Positions 38,591 to 52,857 of a stretch of 64,000 bases of DNA are shown here, one piece after another. This stretch comes from Phoronis australis. Taxonomy: Eukaryota; Animalia; Phoronida. The stretch is taken from NCBI GenBank assembly GCA_002633005.1, contig NMRA01000139.1:372001-436000 (forward strand), in the 5' to 3' direction. Each line of letters begins with the position of its first letter. Within the stretch, counting starts at the first letter, position 1. The position numbers were made by a program, and so were the translations under genes. The notes under the pieces are model-generated. The model made no database searches. It was not told the DNA's origin and saw nothing but the letters and a program-made list of their open reading frames with translations.

Positions 38591-41500
38591 AAAGCCACTA
38601 TAGCTCTGTTGTCTCTCAAGAGGGATTTTACGGACTAATCTTTTTCTGTGGATAGATTTTTCCAGGCTATTGGTTGTGTGCCATTTGTTTTCTCTCTATG
38701 ACTTACCGTTTTAGAGTTTTTCCGACGACTGCTCTCCAATTAATTGAGTTTTTGTGCTGTATCTTCACCGTTTAGTTATGGATTTGTCTGAATTTTGGTT
38801 GGTGGTTAGATCTTTTCAAACTCTATCAGAATAGCGTACCGCTGCTGTTCTAAATTTGTCTTAGCATAAGTTTGTTGTTTACTTCTTGCACAGCCCCCTA
38901 AATCGTTTCAGCATTATATCCAGGTTCTCACTCACTCTCTTGCATACAACATTTGCCACACTGTCTTGTTTGTCATTTGTTATTGTGATGCTGGTAAAGT
39001 TGTACCGATTGCACTGTGAGTTGTAATTCAGACATAAAATATAAAAAGTGAGTGAAGCGTGGTGATAACTTAACTTCTCTTGTCTGACTAGTCTCAAAAG
39101 TGTGTTGGCTGATAACCAGGTCAATCAGTTACAACATTTGTGTTTTTCTACTTTTCTACCTCCAGCGAGAGGAAAGCTCTGTCAGTAGGATGTGTGAGTT
39201 GATAATGTCAGACGTGGTTACCCAGATTTGTCTCCGTCACCCTTCCCATCCAGTCTTCATCTCTCCCCCCAGTCTATATACTTTCCTGAAACGTGACAAC
39301 GGATAACATAAGGCATATAACATACGTTGTAGTAATGTTAGCCTTATCAGTTTGTCTATGTTAAAATTCTCTAGTTTGAGCATGGAACATTATTTATTTT
39401 TGCAGAAGGCCTGAGCTTGTATGAAATTTTAGAAATAGGTAATATTAGCAGTCTATTTTTGAAGATTTTATGTCTGTCAAGTGTTTCACTCGATTCATCC
39501 AAAATGCAGGGTCCAAGTTTTGAGAAGTACAATGAGTGTCAAAATAGCCCAGTTGTCCCCTTCTTCTGGATTGAGAAAGTTTGATTTCAACTTGAGTTTT
39601 GTCTCAACCTAGAGAATTGCCACACTAGCAATAAAGCACGATCACTATCAAAGACAAGTAATAACAGAACAGATCTCTGACTTTGACCGGAGAGGTTCTA
39701 GTCATTGAAAACCCAAGGGGATTCTTTATACTCTCTGGTACCTGCTGCAATACAAAAGTGAATCTAGCTGGAGATGTGCTTACACTCTGGACCCCCACCT
39801 GGGTGAGCGCCTCTTTGGACTATCAGTCCTAACCTGCTGCTCGTCAATTGTAAGTGGCTCTCCTGGTTCCCACACAAGTCCTCCAGAAGGTGTAAATCCA
39901 GCTGGAATGTATAATAATTTCTATTTTCTGCTGGTCTCTGGTAACTATTAGCTAAATGTCATGAGGGATTCTCATGTAAAACACATGTTTTCTATTACGG
40001 AAAGATACTTAAAGTTTATGTAACCTTTTCTTTTTCCCTTTGTGTTTATGCTGTGTGTTGTTCTGTGTTGTGCTAAGGGGTGAAGTTCTCACACAGATCT
40101 GTGATGGAAGACTTTCAGATTTAGGTAAATTATGTCTTTATTAGTTTACCTTTCAAATGTTCCCATGGCCACACTCCACATGACATGCCATAAACACTGG
40201 CTGAAGGTTCGTTTACATATGCTGTGAACCGTCAGCTAAACTCTCAAGAACATTGCCAGTGTTTTTGATGTCACATTTTTTGTATATAGTGCCAGGCCGA
40301 AACATCAACTTTAATTGTAGTGACAGGTGGGTGCCTTAAAACTAACTTGTCAAAAGAGTCAAATTGAATTTAACATCAATTACAGAAGACATTTCAGTTT
40401 AGTTGATTTAAGTTTTGACCCAAACGAAGCCAGCAAGTAATAAAAATGGTATCAAAGTTTAGGAAGCATAATATCACGACATAGTGTCCTTAAAATATTT
40501 CAGAATGTCAGTTTATTTTTGTCATGTGTTTGCCTTTGAAAAAACTCAAAATGGTTATTTAAGGTTACTCAAGACCCTACAAAAATCCACAACCTCTTAT
40601 CTCAGATGTGGATGATTGGGTTCACATGAAACTTCCGCATACTATAGTTCATACACTATTCTCCAAAATGATGTTGTCTATTGTTTTTAAAATGCTCTAG
40701 TTTTGCATGAGGGGTTATCAAATGAGAATTTTATGATTTTATGGAAAACTCAAAAGTTGCTTGAGAGCACTAAATTACATTTTTGGAAACCGCATGTTTG
40801 AGACTTCATCCTAAACATTTGTATCAAATGAAATTTGGGCATGTTATTGATACCGTTGTTTTGTTATGAATGTACATATCTTTTTGATAATTTTATTAAC
40901 TAGATTGACATGGTCGTGTTACACAATTTGTGACAGCTTGATGTTAAAGTAAGTTAAAAAGTCTACTTTTACGAAATATCAGATTCTATAGATATTTGGG
41001 TAAGTGCTCAGTCAGGCTTGTCAATAAGTTCCTACATAACCTTTAGAATGACAGACTCAGGTGAGAAACGTGTTCCCAGAATTCCAGATTATCTTCTTTC
41101 TAATGTATATGGTAGAAACACAAATTCATTTCCCATGTTTTTTGGAAAAAGATTGATAGCTTTATCATGTGCACGCTGTCTTAGCAGCCATTGGAAATAT
41201 TTCGAAGAATTGTAGTCATTCACAAAAATGTTAGTAGAACTCATTAAAAATGAAATACAGGCATTTTTGGCAATAATTCAGCCTGGTATTAATGATATTT
41301 CACCACTCTTGGTTCACTGTGCCTATTTTTGATTGTTGAGAGTTGATCACTTAAAAAAGGTTCTTCATAACTTTTATGCAACCATGTTTGCATGGGGATA
41401 ATTTCTGATGTGTGCGATCAAGCATAGAGTTGATATCGTAGATTTCTGCCAAAGCTGATTGGTCTCATTTGGCTAAATGTCATTTTTTGTTCTTTTCATG

Positions 41501-41768
41501 CGACACCAATGTAATGACGTTTCTTCTTGTGCCCCTGCATTATTGACCTGTTCTTGTAATTTGCCCCTCTGCATGTTACTGAAGCTGACCAACTGTCTCA
41601 TTAGTATGAGCAATGCACACGATCTTAATGTATTTTCTTCGAAAGTCTTAATCTCGATATGGTTGACAAGCATTTGTGAGTCACATGTTAATTGACATTT
41701 GATTTAGTTGTCATTTCCTTCCTGAACATTATGTTTCTCGATGATCGTCACTTATAGAATTCTAGCAT

Positions 41769-41820
41769 TTTGAGAACCAGTTTTCTCCACTGAATAACGC
41801 ACATCAAACTGGTTCTCAAA
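41769..41820. repeat. Short hairpin with a perfect 15-bp stem and 22-nt loop
   Basis: tttgagaaccagttt ... aaactggttctcaaa. Confidence 0.7.
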
Positions 41821-42114
41821 TCCAGGACCCCTTTATTCACACTATTGCTTGTTTCTTCATTAATAACATAAAAAGAACACAATTTGTCTGTATAAAACAA
41901 AAACTTCTGGAAATTTGCTGACAAATTTCTTGATGTAAGAGCTGTCGGGCTCCTACTGAGGAATGATGACTGACCTGATTCTTGAAAATTACATCGCCCT
42001 CTGCCACTATTCCTTGACTACTCCAGTTCCCTAGATCCTAAGTCAGACAACTTAAAAAATTTTGCAGGGCTCCTTTGAAAGATTTCTTTTTGTATGGTAA
42101 AGCTCAGATGGGAG

Positions 42115-42330
42115 AGCAACAGTGATGGAAAATGTTCTGCGCCCCCTATAATTGGTGCATGGTCTAGGCTATGAGACTCTGTTTACAAATAGGGCACATG
42201 TTGTTTCTCTGCACTTATCATCTGGACACTGGTGCACACTGTCTTGGTGTGATGGAATAAGGTCATAATATCATCTCGTGCCTCACGGTGGTCATAGGGA
42301 GCGCATAGGACATTTTCCATCACTGTTGCT
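42115..42330. repeat. Inverted repeat with ~36-bp arms; possible decayed MITE
   Basis: agcaacagtgatggaaaatgt... mirrored by ...acattttccatcactgttgct. Confidence 0.65.
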
Positions 42331-45300
42331 GAGAATTTCCATAGAATTTTCAATGCAATGGGTATTAGAGTAGCACACAATCAATGTTAACATTACCAGG
42401 AGTAGCCTAAGTCCTGTTTAGACATCAACTTTTGATCCAGCACAACCATTACAGTGTTCTGTCCTTCAGTAACTTTTCCAGACATGAGGGGTGCTGAACA
42501 TGGGATAACATCTGGCTCTTTTTTGGGGGGGGAGGGTAAACTTCCCAACTTGTTGTTGGGCTATAAGAATTGAACAAATTGGAAGCAACGGGATGTTGCC
42601 GTCATGCTGACACCAAGGAACGTGATCTGTGTCAAGTGGCCATGTAGTTTCACTAACTGTGGCAAGATGGAAGTTGTACGCTGGAGAGTGGAATGCACAT
42701 GTGCAGATTTACAAATGGAGGGAGTTGCAGAGACAGAGATCCCGTATGTAGGTCATTGCACATGGGCAGTAGAGATGATCTTTTCCGCCTTGCCCCAGTT
42801 TTTCGTTTAGACATATAATTGACTCGGAGTAAGATGTTTGAGCGCAAATTGCTCTACCTCCCCCGAAACGGGTGGCAATAGTTGTCACCGTTTACACACA
42901 GGAACATCTTGTTTGGTGTCATCTGATCCAGGTAAACTTTTGTAGTGTGAACGGCACTTTAGACACAAAACACACCGTGGTGACATGAATGAAGTGGTGA
43001 ACAAAATTTTGTACAATGTGAATGAAAACAAAAAGTTCTACACAGGTAAGGTGGTATAGCCGCTAAGAAAGTGCATGTCTCAACATAGCATACATGGGGA
43101 ATGCCAGTGGCGTAAAGCCTACCTTGAATTGTCACTCTTGCAAGTTTGGCTCTTAAAACATGTTTACAGCTACACTCTTATCACTTCCAAGGTGATCAAC
43201 TGAAATGTGTGATAAAGGATTATACTGACTCAATTCCAAAGTACACGCTATGTCTCCACCTGCTATTGTCTCCACACACGAGAAGTCGAGAGAACGGATG
43301 AGCACGTCGGCACAGAGTCAGTAAAGACGGCAATTTGGTATATACATGTGTTTTTGGGTTGATTTCCAACTTTACACCTAGATATAATTCAATATAATGT
43401 ACCTTGACAGAGATTTGTCAGAAATAACACAAAGTTATGCAAATAGCGATCGGGAGGCGTTGGGTCTACCAAACAATAGGAGGCAGCACTGGTCAAGATA
43501 TGATTTGTTTTTTATACCTTGGGATTCATGAAGTATTTCATTTTCACAAATTTGAACAAAAACAATTTCCAAAATAATGTTTTTTATAGTTAACAAATGT
43601 CCAAAATTCCGCCATGTTCATTGATTACAGCTGTACAACTGCTAATATTGAGGCAGTTTTCTTCCTGATTATTTTTATTGAACATTTGATCAATTAACCT
43701 ACACTGTTCTACCATATCTTGTTCTGAATCAAAGAAACAATTACCAGAATCTCAACTAAGTTTGGTCGTTGGCACAATGCCAACAAACTCTCCTTCTTAA
43801 AGCAGGTGAAATACAACGCCAAGTGTTTTGAGGATCCCATTGTCTTGAGTGTCCACCGATTGCCAAACTTATGAACTGAATTTGTGTTGATAACAAACTT
43901 CCATTGTATAGTTGACCTTGATTGTTGACTGCAGTTGTTTTCTCGCTTCATTATTCTGGCAAAAGTTTGTTAAGTTAGACTGTTAGGCTGATAAAATTTC
44001 TCATTCTGATCAAGGGTTATGCTTCAGTTTCTTAGAAGGCAAACCCAGCTTCCGTGATGGAAAAAATTTATCAGGCTATTTCATGATTTTGAGATTCAGG
44101 ACATCTTTTTAATTGAAATTTTAGTGAATTCCTGTAACCTATTTACTTGAGAATTTTAAGCAGTGTTTCCCGGGAGTGTACTGCCTTTTTCAAGGTTCTG
44201 CTAATTTGAAACCAAAGCTTCCCACAGTTTGTTATCAGGTCGATACACGTCAACAGGTGTCGCAGAACATTAAATATGCAAAAGAGTCGGTGGAACGTTA
44301 CTTAAAATTCTCAAGTAAACTACGAAAGATCATTTTCCTAGTCTATTTTTAACCCTTATTGTTTACTTCCTACAAAAACAGTGGTTCGTGGCAAAACTTA
44401 CCGGTCATTGGCAAAAATTATGCCTTTCCTTGAATGCCACAGCGCCCTCTCTTAGACTCTGCGGCATTTATCCAAAATACTGCACATCTATGTTCCTAAT
44501 AACTTCTTTACATTAAGATTAGTTTGCCATTTGTGATTATGATATCAATTAAGTTTCCAGACTTGCGTTGAGTGAGTTGGAATGGATACTGGTAATATGA
44601 AAATATTTGAAAAGCTGAATGATGCACAATGTTACTTTCTTTTGTTCCAGTCAGCTCAGAAGTTATGTTAGGCAAAAGCCCGACTTATCTGAAACTATGT
44701 GTCAACCTTACAACGTGCTCTACGCTCTGCAAAATATGGGAGTTCAACCTGGAATGTGGAAGTGCCCTCTGTAGGACCCTAGAGAAATGTCCAAATTGGG
44801 CAACTTCGGAACATGGTATCTCAGAAATCGTAGATAGATTCATTTAAAAATTTGACTGGGTTGCCGTACTTCTTTGTTGGCTGATTTCCATAACGCTACC
44901 AGGAATTATTTTAATAAAATCGCTCTTAAGCTTGAAGAGCTATCAAAAATAGGACTTTCGCTTATCTTATTTATTATGAAACATAAAAAATGTTATAAAA
45001 GGAAAACAAAACAGTATTTTAGAAAATAACAGCTTTTTTGAGATTTCATCATGAATATTTATATCAAACAAGCAATGTATTTGCTATGGTTGAAGCTGTC
45101 TTTCTTACTAAATTTTACTAAAACTGCATGGTGATGTGACCCAAATGCTGGCACATTGGTATAGTCAAGAATTAAATTTTACAGGCTTTGTTCTTTTAAA
45201 AATAACATACTTCCACTGACTTAAATTCTGCTGTTTTGTAGATATGTGTCAGCCTTGCTGATACGTAGCCAGTTTATGATAACAACATTGCCATACCGCC

Positions 45301-45481
45301 TGGCAAGGTTAATGTTGTTTCCTTCTACAATTTGTGGTTTTCTATTTAGAACTAATAAGTTCTGGATAACATTGATTGTTCTATGAATGAAGGATGGCCA
45401 GCCTGATTCTCATGATGAGAAACCAACATTCCAATGACACAACTTGCCTGGTTAGGTTGTGTTTGCTCTCAGTTATTTCAC

Positions 45482-46076
45482 CTCGCTGGTTCTCTGTGTG
45501 CCACAAGGTGGGGCGGTAGCCGCGTCAGCACGCAGGTATCACTTAATTTTCCTTGGGAAATTTTTGTACACCGGCGTTTCTGATTGGCTAGTCGAATTCT
45601 CAACAGGCAGCGCTTTACGCAAACAAACTGGCATGACTGATGGACTGAAGTGTAAATGTGATCTGTTGTACAGACAAATCAGTGCTTAAAATTTATGTTC
45701 AGGAAATGTGAATCCTAGAAATTGTGATTGCGCCTTTTCGGAATGCATCTTTCTACTGTCGATGACTTTTGTTTATGATAGTGTCCTGTATTCATACAGT
45801 ATGAATAACACACCAGTTAAATTGGCCAGATATGTGTTTATTGTACATCTGTGTGCTTCAAGCACGCGGCTATTAAACATCACTGCAGAAGAAACGAAAT
45901 TGTTTCTGCGACGCCACTTGCACGACAAGGCTAAAAATCGTTCACAGTCTGCCATTTTTTCACGGTGTTGTAAAGCTAACCAATAACTGCCGAGGTTACA
46001 TTGACCAATGCTAAAGCGCGTGCCACTGCGTGATACCTGCGTGCTGGCTGGGCTGAGCACACAGGGAACCAGGGAG
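45482..46076. mobile_element. Mutator-like (MULE) MITE with a 9-bp TSD
   Basis: TIR ctc(g/c)ctggtt(ct/cc)ctgtgtgc (18/20), an internal 17-bp inverted match cagcacgcaggtatcac, and flanks ttatttcac / ttattccac (8/9). Confidence 0.75.
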
Positions 46077-46487
46077 TTATTCCACCTGATTGATCAGATT
46101 AAGAGGATTTTGCACTTAATGGTGCTGTTTCCAAGTATTTTGAAACCATTCTGGAAAATTACAAGGGATTAATTTTACAAACAGCTGAGTCTCCAAAGGA
46201 TTTGTAAATACCTCTATTGGTGGACAATGACACTATATCACTATTGTGAATGACCAGTCAGTTCAGTGGTTGAATGGTTTTAGAAAGCATCCAGAATTTT
46301 AATTGAATCAACAGTGCCTTGTATTAATCCAGTGAAATATGGTGGAACTCAAATTGGTGTCCCAATGCAAAAAAATTGCTAAAAACTACACATGGTTATT
46401 TCCTCTGATTTTCACTTGGGAACGGAAGTGTGGTTATGCCAATTGCTTTGAAGTGAGGAGAGATTGAGGACCAGTATGGATGTTCAT

Positions 46488-47006
46488 CAGGGCTTGGAAT
46501 AACCAATGACAAAAAACGCGGAAACTTTTACTTTTACGGCCCAAATCATGCCCGATAACCAGCCTTTGAAATGGTCAATGTGAACCTTTCCGCGACAAAA
46601 ATGGGGAGGACTAAAAAAAAAAAAAAAAAAAAAACGTTACCACCATCAGTAGCATGCGTCTGCGTCCTTTTCGCTCGCCCGTCCACTCCCAACCCACACA
46701 ATTTTGGCTGCAGAGCGGTAGTACCGTATTTGTCGCCACGCTTAACAATAACATGAGCCGCCATTGAAAATCACACCACGCTTTACCCAGATGCCCCGGC
46801 AATGTTGACAATTTACGTTCCTCCGAAACATAAAGAGCAACTTCCGCTTTCCGAGGTGAACGTCGTCTGCAACGCCGCGGTAAGAAAGGAATTTGCCGCG
46901 GAAATTTCATATCAAATCCGATTTTTTTACGCGGAAATATAAAAAAGCGGAAAGCACATTTCAAAAAAGCGGAAATACGCGTTTCCGCGGAAAATTCCAA
47001 GCCCTG
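46488..47006. mobile_element. hAT-like MITE with a 6-bp TSD
   Basis: Perfect 13-bp TIR cagggcttggaat, gttcat on both flanks, and subterminal gcggaaa repeats. Confidence 0.85.
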
Positions 47007-50000
47007 GTTCATAAAGAGTCTGATTTACCTTATTATCCGCCTTCTAATAAGACTTTAATATTCAAGTTGTCAGAGATTCGAATCTTTATGAATTTGTCAT
47101 TATCATGCGTCACGATTGTGCAGCTGTCATATTTATGTCATATCTTATATTAACAAGGTAGATTCAGAACATCACCAGATCAAGAGAGAGCATTTCACAG
47201 TAATTCCCATAGTGTAAAACAGCATAAATATACCTAGCTTCAAGCAGCCTATTCAGCTGGCACACAAATACATTAACATCATTAAATTTGGATCTATCCC
47301 ATTTACTGTCACATTTAGAAAATACCTTGTCACTATAACCATACAAAATGTCCATAATGCCCCCTGTTAATGTATCTATAAATTTATTTGCAACGTTTGG
47401 GTAGAAATGAGCAAATTAGATCATTTACAACAATTTGAAAACAATTTCCAATCAAATAGATGTAAATTTTGAGATTAAGTTGATTTATTATTGGGCTGCT
47501 TGGTGAAAAGATACTTGATGGACAAGACTTACCTAATGCAATCGTTTCTTTAGAAGGGCCCTGGATGGAAACACGTTGATTGTGTTTAAATGTCCTTAGT
47601 CAATATTGAACAGCAAATATTTATTAGATAATTTACAAGTAAATACATTGCTGATAACTGCTGTCATTTCACTAATTGGCTAACATGCTAGTAACAAAAA
47701 ACGTCAGTCATGTGAACTCATGACTCAGTTTTCTGGCACTTTGCTGGCAGGAGAATTACCCCCAAACTGATGCAGTTTTGCTTGCACTGACCTTTTATTC
47801 CAAAAGACTTTGCATGTGGCCTTTGTTTATCAGTTAAAAAATTTATGGAGGCTAGCCAATGTGTTTTGCACGAAAGTGATTTGGGTGGTGAGGAAACAAA
47901 ATGAATCCTGAGGCAATTAAACCTTCGCGGACAGCTCATTGTCTGCTGCGCTAGCATTCTCGCCTCTCATGAACCTAGTGTAAGTCGTACAAACTCGTCT
48001 ATCATTTCAGATCGGCAGCCAAGAATCATTTTTGAGAAACTTGATTACGGTTCATTAGGATAGTCTCATTACATAGGAACACTTGAATCTCACGATATTT
48101 ACCGTCAATGCATCCATGTAGCAGTTCTCTTGCCTCATTTTTGCACCATAGTTATATGTTGTTGCCATGTCAATTTCAAGTTTTTCTCAACTACACTAAC
48201 TGTATTCGACCTTCCCATGCCATGTATCCGACCATCCCATGCCAGTAAAGTTCTACTGATATGCTCTATATGCTGCAACTATGCTGGCAGAAAGTTAAAA
48301 AAACTTGAAAAGTGTCTATGTATGCATTATTTTTATTTTTATGACACAATTCCTAGAATCGATTCTCCAAGACACAGGTGATGTATATACGGAACTGTCC
48401 TAGGGATCCACAAGACCTAAAATCTATGGGTCATTTTTGTGTTAGTTTTTTGTCCGCTTTATATGATGTTTGGGACTGTATGTATGTTAAACAACTGACT
48501 ATTGTCCTAGTTAGCGTAATAACGTTTCTCCTTAAACTAAACAAGTAATGCCACACTTGGGATTTACAGTTTCACAACATGCAGTTTGTTGGTTTTATTC
48601 AACTGTTCTGCAAACTGCAGTGTGTATTATTCCTGTATCGTTGTGACAAAAAGGTATCATTTATGTGGAACGGTACAATCATAAGGACTGATAGTCGAGA
48701 AAATACCTAATAATTAAAAGCTGCCGAGTTCTTAGTCTGCCAACTTTACTAATATTTAGGTTAGTTGATATCGGTAATTTTAACTACCTGCATACTACAG
48801 GGTGCAGCCTACTCTGCAACAGCACCCAACTCCTCCTATGGGAGGACCCCAAAGTCTGATGCATATGAGTGACAGGGTAAAGTCTTTGGGAATATGCAAC
48901 TTTTGTAAGTCTGTTATTGCTCCTCTGCCCAGGCAACACAGCTGAATACTCATTGATTTCTACACTTGGGTGTCAAATGTCAGTCCATGATGAGGACCAT
49001 TGTTAGCCAATTAGCCCTTCCCTGTGGTTAGGTAGCCATGAAGCTTGCGGGTAGAGATTCTCTTTGTATTTTTTACTGCTGTACATATTCCTGTTCATGT
49101 GATTTCCAGTGACCTTTTTACACATATACAATAACATGCTTTGTTCATCTCCCACAACAGTCATCTATGGGTCTTAGTTGCTTCTCACCACCTAGTGAGT
49201 GAATATATTTCATCTGCTGTGAACATTTCCAACCTTTCATTCCTGCTTGTAACACCACTTTGTAACATTAGGATGAGAACGCCAGTGTATGATGGTAAGA
49301 TGTAGCCGAGTTCAGTAATAATTTGTTATACATGTGAACCAAATCAACTGTTTTGTGTGGCCTGATTGGTACTTCCTTTTGATTTTCTAAAGGGTTTCTA
49401 ATATCTATCCTCATTTTCCATAATGTACTACTAGACTACGGTACTAGTAATGTTGTATAACCTTTCGATAGGCTCTGGATCTTTGTCACAAATCACTCTG
49501 ATAACGTGACCCACTGAGTCTGTGTTTGCATTATTTGCCTTGATATTGATTTTTGAGGAACTGAACAGGTAATTCTTATCAACACTTCCTTGTCAGGTGC
49601 AAACCTGTATACAATACACAGGAGTCGCACGCGGGGTTTTTGATCACGAGATCGCACATTTCATTTGTGTAAGTATAACCAAGTTCTCAATTCAACCATT
49701 GAGTCACTTGTAATGTAACATAATGTAAATGTTGTCAGTTGTGCTAGAGTTGTTGCAGTGTGAGGGATTGTGCCTTTAGAGTCATGTAGACAGTTGTTAC
49801 TGTTTGATTTTGATTGTAGAAAAATCCTTCAACTGGAATTGCAAAATTGACATTCATGTAGTTTTCAGTGGTTTGCCATTGTGCTCAGTTCTCTCAAATG
49901 CTGTTACGTGACAGCTCTATTGTACAAACTAATCTTGAGCCAAAGAAAATTTTACTTAAACATTATTTTTATTTAGAAATCTGACAAAAGGATGTTTCAT

Positions 50001-50797
50001 TTGTCTATCATATTTTGCTTCGAGCATTTAATAAAAAAATAAAAAAATGAAATTGTTTTGTCCTGTTCACTGTGTAAGATTAAATGCTGATTTTAAGAAT
50101 TACAGTGTTTTCTAATTTGGTGCATCTACCCGCTCTTGCAAGCATAAATTGTTTCTTTTGAACCACATGGGACTCAATGCTGAATTTCCTTGTTCAGGCA
50201 TTGCTGTATGCCTGATGTCTGTTGAAGGGTTTCGGTTTTCAATATTGTTTTCTTTCCTGATTTTGAATGCTTCGGATACAATTAGTCAAACCTTTGAACG
50301 TAGTTCCAGTTTCATGTTTAACTTTTTTCATGCGAGATGGACAATAAAGCTTACAAACCAATATCTTGGTTTTAGTATCAACTCCAAGAGACTGGATAGC
50401 AGTTAGCAGATTTATATATCAACTTTATCTATTATTACGGTAAGGTTATCTCAAACCTTAATCATAAAAATTGTCTGTTTTTACAATATTTCACGTGTCT
50501 AACAAAATACCTTATATTCATTCTCGTGAAATTTCAAACACGAGATATATACCATGTAGTGAGAAAAAAGGTTTAGCAGAACTACCTCAGAACCGCACAA
50601 CTGCATGGAAATTAGTTTATAAAACCCAAGGGAAACCTCTATGAATACTCCTTCTCACTTGTTACAATTGTCAACAAATCAATCCAGTAGTCATTTACCC
50701 TCATGGTATATTTCGGCAACATGGTGATGGAAGTACACCTTGTCAGATTACAGTGGGGTAGTTGGTGAACAGCTTTCTGCATCTTTAATCAATAAAT

Positions 50798-52261
50798 CAC
50801 GGGTGAGAAACAACATGACCGCCGGTCCTCTAAATCGGAATGACTTACCCAAAACAGGACCTCCGGGGATCAAATGGGACCGTCGCACCAGAAAATGGGA
50901 CTGATGCACCTAAAAACATGACCGCCCCACCTGAAAACAGGACCGCCTGGGACTGAACATGACCGCTGGACAAAATGTAGTTATCAAGGCCTTTGTATGA
51001 TACTGGGGGTTATGACGTAACCGGTCAGTTAGCTGTGAAAAGACTCGCCAAAATAAAACTTGCTAGCACTGCGTTATTGAGCTCTGTTACTTCCCCGAAA
51101 TTTCCCACAGCCCGGGTATAGTTCTGCTCGTCACCTCGGTCACGTGAAACTTATGTCAACATGTAGAGGTGGCGAGCGGAGCAGGCGTATGCAAAATGTA
51201 CGGTAGGAGTCAATCAACACTCACCTTGCAGGTTGCAGCCGCTTGTGTGAAAAACAATCTAATGAATATCATTTGTTTGCCTATTGTAACAAAGTTTGTC
51301 GCGCTCGTGACATGAGCACGTGCCATTTCCTAAAATTTTGCGACATCTTTCGGAAGATGATGACTCAACTTCAGTTCGCAGCAGCACCGATTTGTTCTGA
51401 AATTCGGTTTGCTGGTATTAAAATACTAAAAACTTGTGACAAAATGAAACCAGTTCCGATAATTTGTTGTGCCATGTACGCAACCTCGTAGAAGAGAAAA
51501 AGAGCTGACTGAAGAATCGGTGAAAAAAGGAACTGGTCAATGTAAGCCGACCTAAAAGAACGCATCTCAATTTTAGCAGCAGAATAACGACAGAACGACG
51601 AATTTTCCCCGTAAGCGAGATAAGTAATTCAGTTTACTCTAGGAAGAGTGTTGTTAATAACACTAATTCGGTGAAGATTTTATATGTGCAGTGTTTTACC
51701 TGCATCGGCGCCAAGCTGTATATTTAGTATAATACTGCTTTGCCGCACAAAGGCTAGTTATCATGCTTCACCCGAGAACCAGAATGCCCGTTTCTTTTGT
51801 TTTTTTCTTGACTAAAATGTCACATTGCAGAAAATGACTTTTATTTTGTTCTAAAACAGTGGATAAAGTTATAATTATTTAGCTCAAAAGCGTGCAACGT
51901 GGTTGGTTTGTGGTTAAAACTCAAAAGCGCCGCGTGTTACAAAGCGAAGTGTCCTGTAGCGCACAAAAGATTTCGTTGGATTAATTGGCACAAGACCCTC
52001 ATATGCATACGTATATAGCTCCATTGTATGATCTGTGTAGGCCTACCAATAATAAATCTTAGCTTGTATGTCATTGCGGTTTCAATCCCCGGTGGTCATG
52101 TTCAGTCCCCGGCGATCCTATTTTCTGGTGAAGCGGTCATGTTTTTAGGTGTGTCAGTCCCATTTTCTGGTGCGACGGTCCCATTTGATCTCCGGAGGTC
52201 CTGTTTTGGGTGAGTCGGTCCGATTTAAGAGGACCGGCGGTCATGTTGTTTCTCATCCGTG
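50798..52261. mobile_element. Non-autonomous DNA transposon with ~170-bp TIRs (CACGG...CCGTG termini)
   Basis: 50798-50970 is an imperfect reverse complement of 52088-52261, and the TIRs are built of aacatgaccgc/aacaggacc subrepeats. The interior contains the shared core. TSD unclear. Confidence 0.85.
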
Positions 52262-52857
52262 TTATTGTGTTAATGCAGTGAGATATTTCTCAACAATGAC
52301 ATGGAATATGCAGCAATTCAAATATATAAAAATGTCTTTCCATCCTGCACTCCAAGGGCCAACCTCGGACAGTTTTCTGCTCTTGCCACACTGGAGAGGT
52401 GTCTAAGGAGAATGTTCTATACATACTAGTACATTATTTTTGGCTTATTTTATCATATGCCATTGGTAGATAAGAGGCCCTTACGTAAAATTTCACAATG
52501 CATTGAATTTTGGAACCCAACATTTAAAAATGTGGTTTTAATCCGTTGTGTTATTTAGTGACTGAATATGTTAATAATGTAATAATTATCACACTAAAGG
52601 TTTGTGACGGGTCATGTCAGCCTGTAGTACTTGTACCATGTATTCAAGTATGAATTGTGTTGGTAGTGATTGGCTTTCTTTTGTCAGTGCTTGGTGGTAT
52701 TTTGTTGAAGCAAACTATAGGGTATAGCAAGTTCAAATAACCATTTGTATTGCTGTATAATGCATTTTACATACTAGCATAATGTTCATTTCACAATTCT
52801 GTTTCTCATTGGGTCACATTTTGCAAGAGAACTAATGCCTTTTGCTGAAAAGGGTAA

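Noticed and set aside
46546-47153. Overlapping ORFs with poly-Phe/poly-Lys
   Set aside because: They derive from the poly-A tract and subrepeats of the hAT-like MITE; not a transposase.
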